A program made the translations under genes and the position numbers. The notes under the pieces were generated by a model. It was not told the origin of the DNA and made no database searches. It saw only the letters and a program-made list of their open reading frames with translations. 54,125 bases of DNA from a virus (Duplodnaviria; Caudoviricetes): the IMG/VR virus record IMGVR_UViG_3300021373_002388, positions 1-54,125 of that record, one strand, 5' to 3'. Numbering within the stretch: position 1 is the first letter of the stretch; each line of letters opens with the position of its first letter. Below are positions 53,940 through 54,125 of the stretch, piece after piece.

Positions 53940-54125
53940 ATGAAAAACCCATTAGGCAAAGAACAAACAAGGTTCGCAACACCTGAGAGCGCAGACGCTC
54001 TGCAGGCTTACGTTGGAAGATTTTCAGGTGGTGAGGCAGTAGCCGCCAATGTCATCATGATGATGACTTGGAACTACGCTGTATCACTGATCGACGAGGC
54101 CCTTAAGGATGGTCGATTAATTTCA
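53940..54125 (+). CDS. Hypothetical early protein, 3'-truncated by window edge
   Basis: ACGAGG RBS; MKNPLGKEQTRFATPES... open to window end. Confidence 0.6.
   Translation, partial: MKNPLGKEQTRFATPESADALQAYVGRFSGGEAVAANVIMMMTWNYAVSLIDEALKDGRLIS

Overview
This is a 54-kb segment of a lytic T4-like dsDNA phage genome, probably aquatic. A spanin pair indicates a Gram-negative host, and CTGT-N8-ACAG LexA boxes suggest a gamma/beta-proteobacterium. Almost all genes are on the + strand in the standard code. Positions 1-33 kb hold T4 core genes (gp44, gp62, regA, gp43, uvsX, gp41, gp61, nrdA, nrdB, dCMP deaminase, RNase H). Interspersed are auxiliary genes (fatty-acid desaturase, UDP-glucose dehydrogenase-like, GT2, methyltransferase, QueC-like, SGNH-like), a late lysis cassette (M15 endolysin plus two spanins) and basic head-internal/virion proteins behind TATAAATA late promoters. 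Positions 33.6-46.9 kb and 48.5-54.1 kb are hyperplastic early regions of small ORFs behind near-consensus sigma70 promoters. The most unusual part is the essentially non-coding 46.9-48.5 kb segment, echoed at 49.3-49.6 and 50.7-51.0 kb. It has twelve sigma70 promoters in strictly alternating orientation and six promoter-proximal copies of a GCGGGAAC-N5-7-ACCGGRGTMCAA motif that look like a family of small RNAs. It also has a 24-bp tandem repeat, phased A-tracts and LexA/SOS boxes. Three further candidate structured RNAs were seen (30.8, 38.9 and 50.9 kb). No tRNA, rRNA, CRISPR array, intron or intein was recognised. All family calls come from motif recognition by eye, not from database searches.
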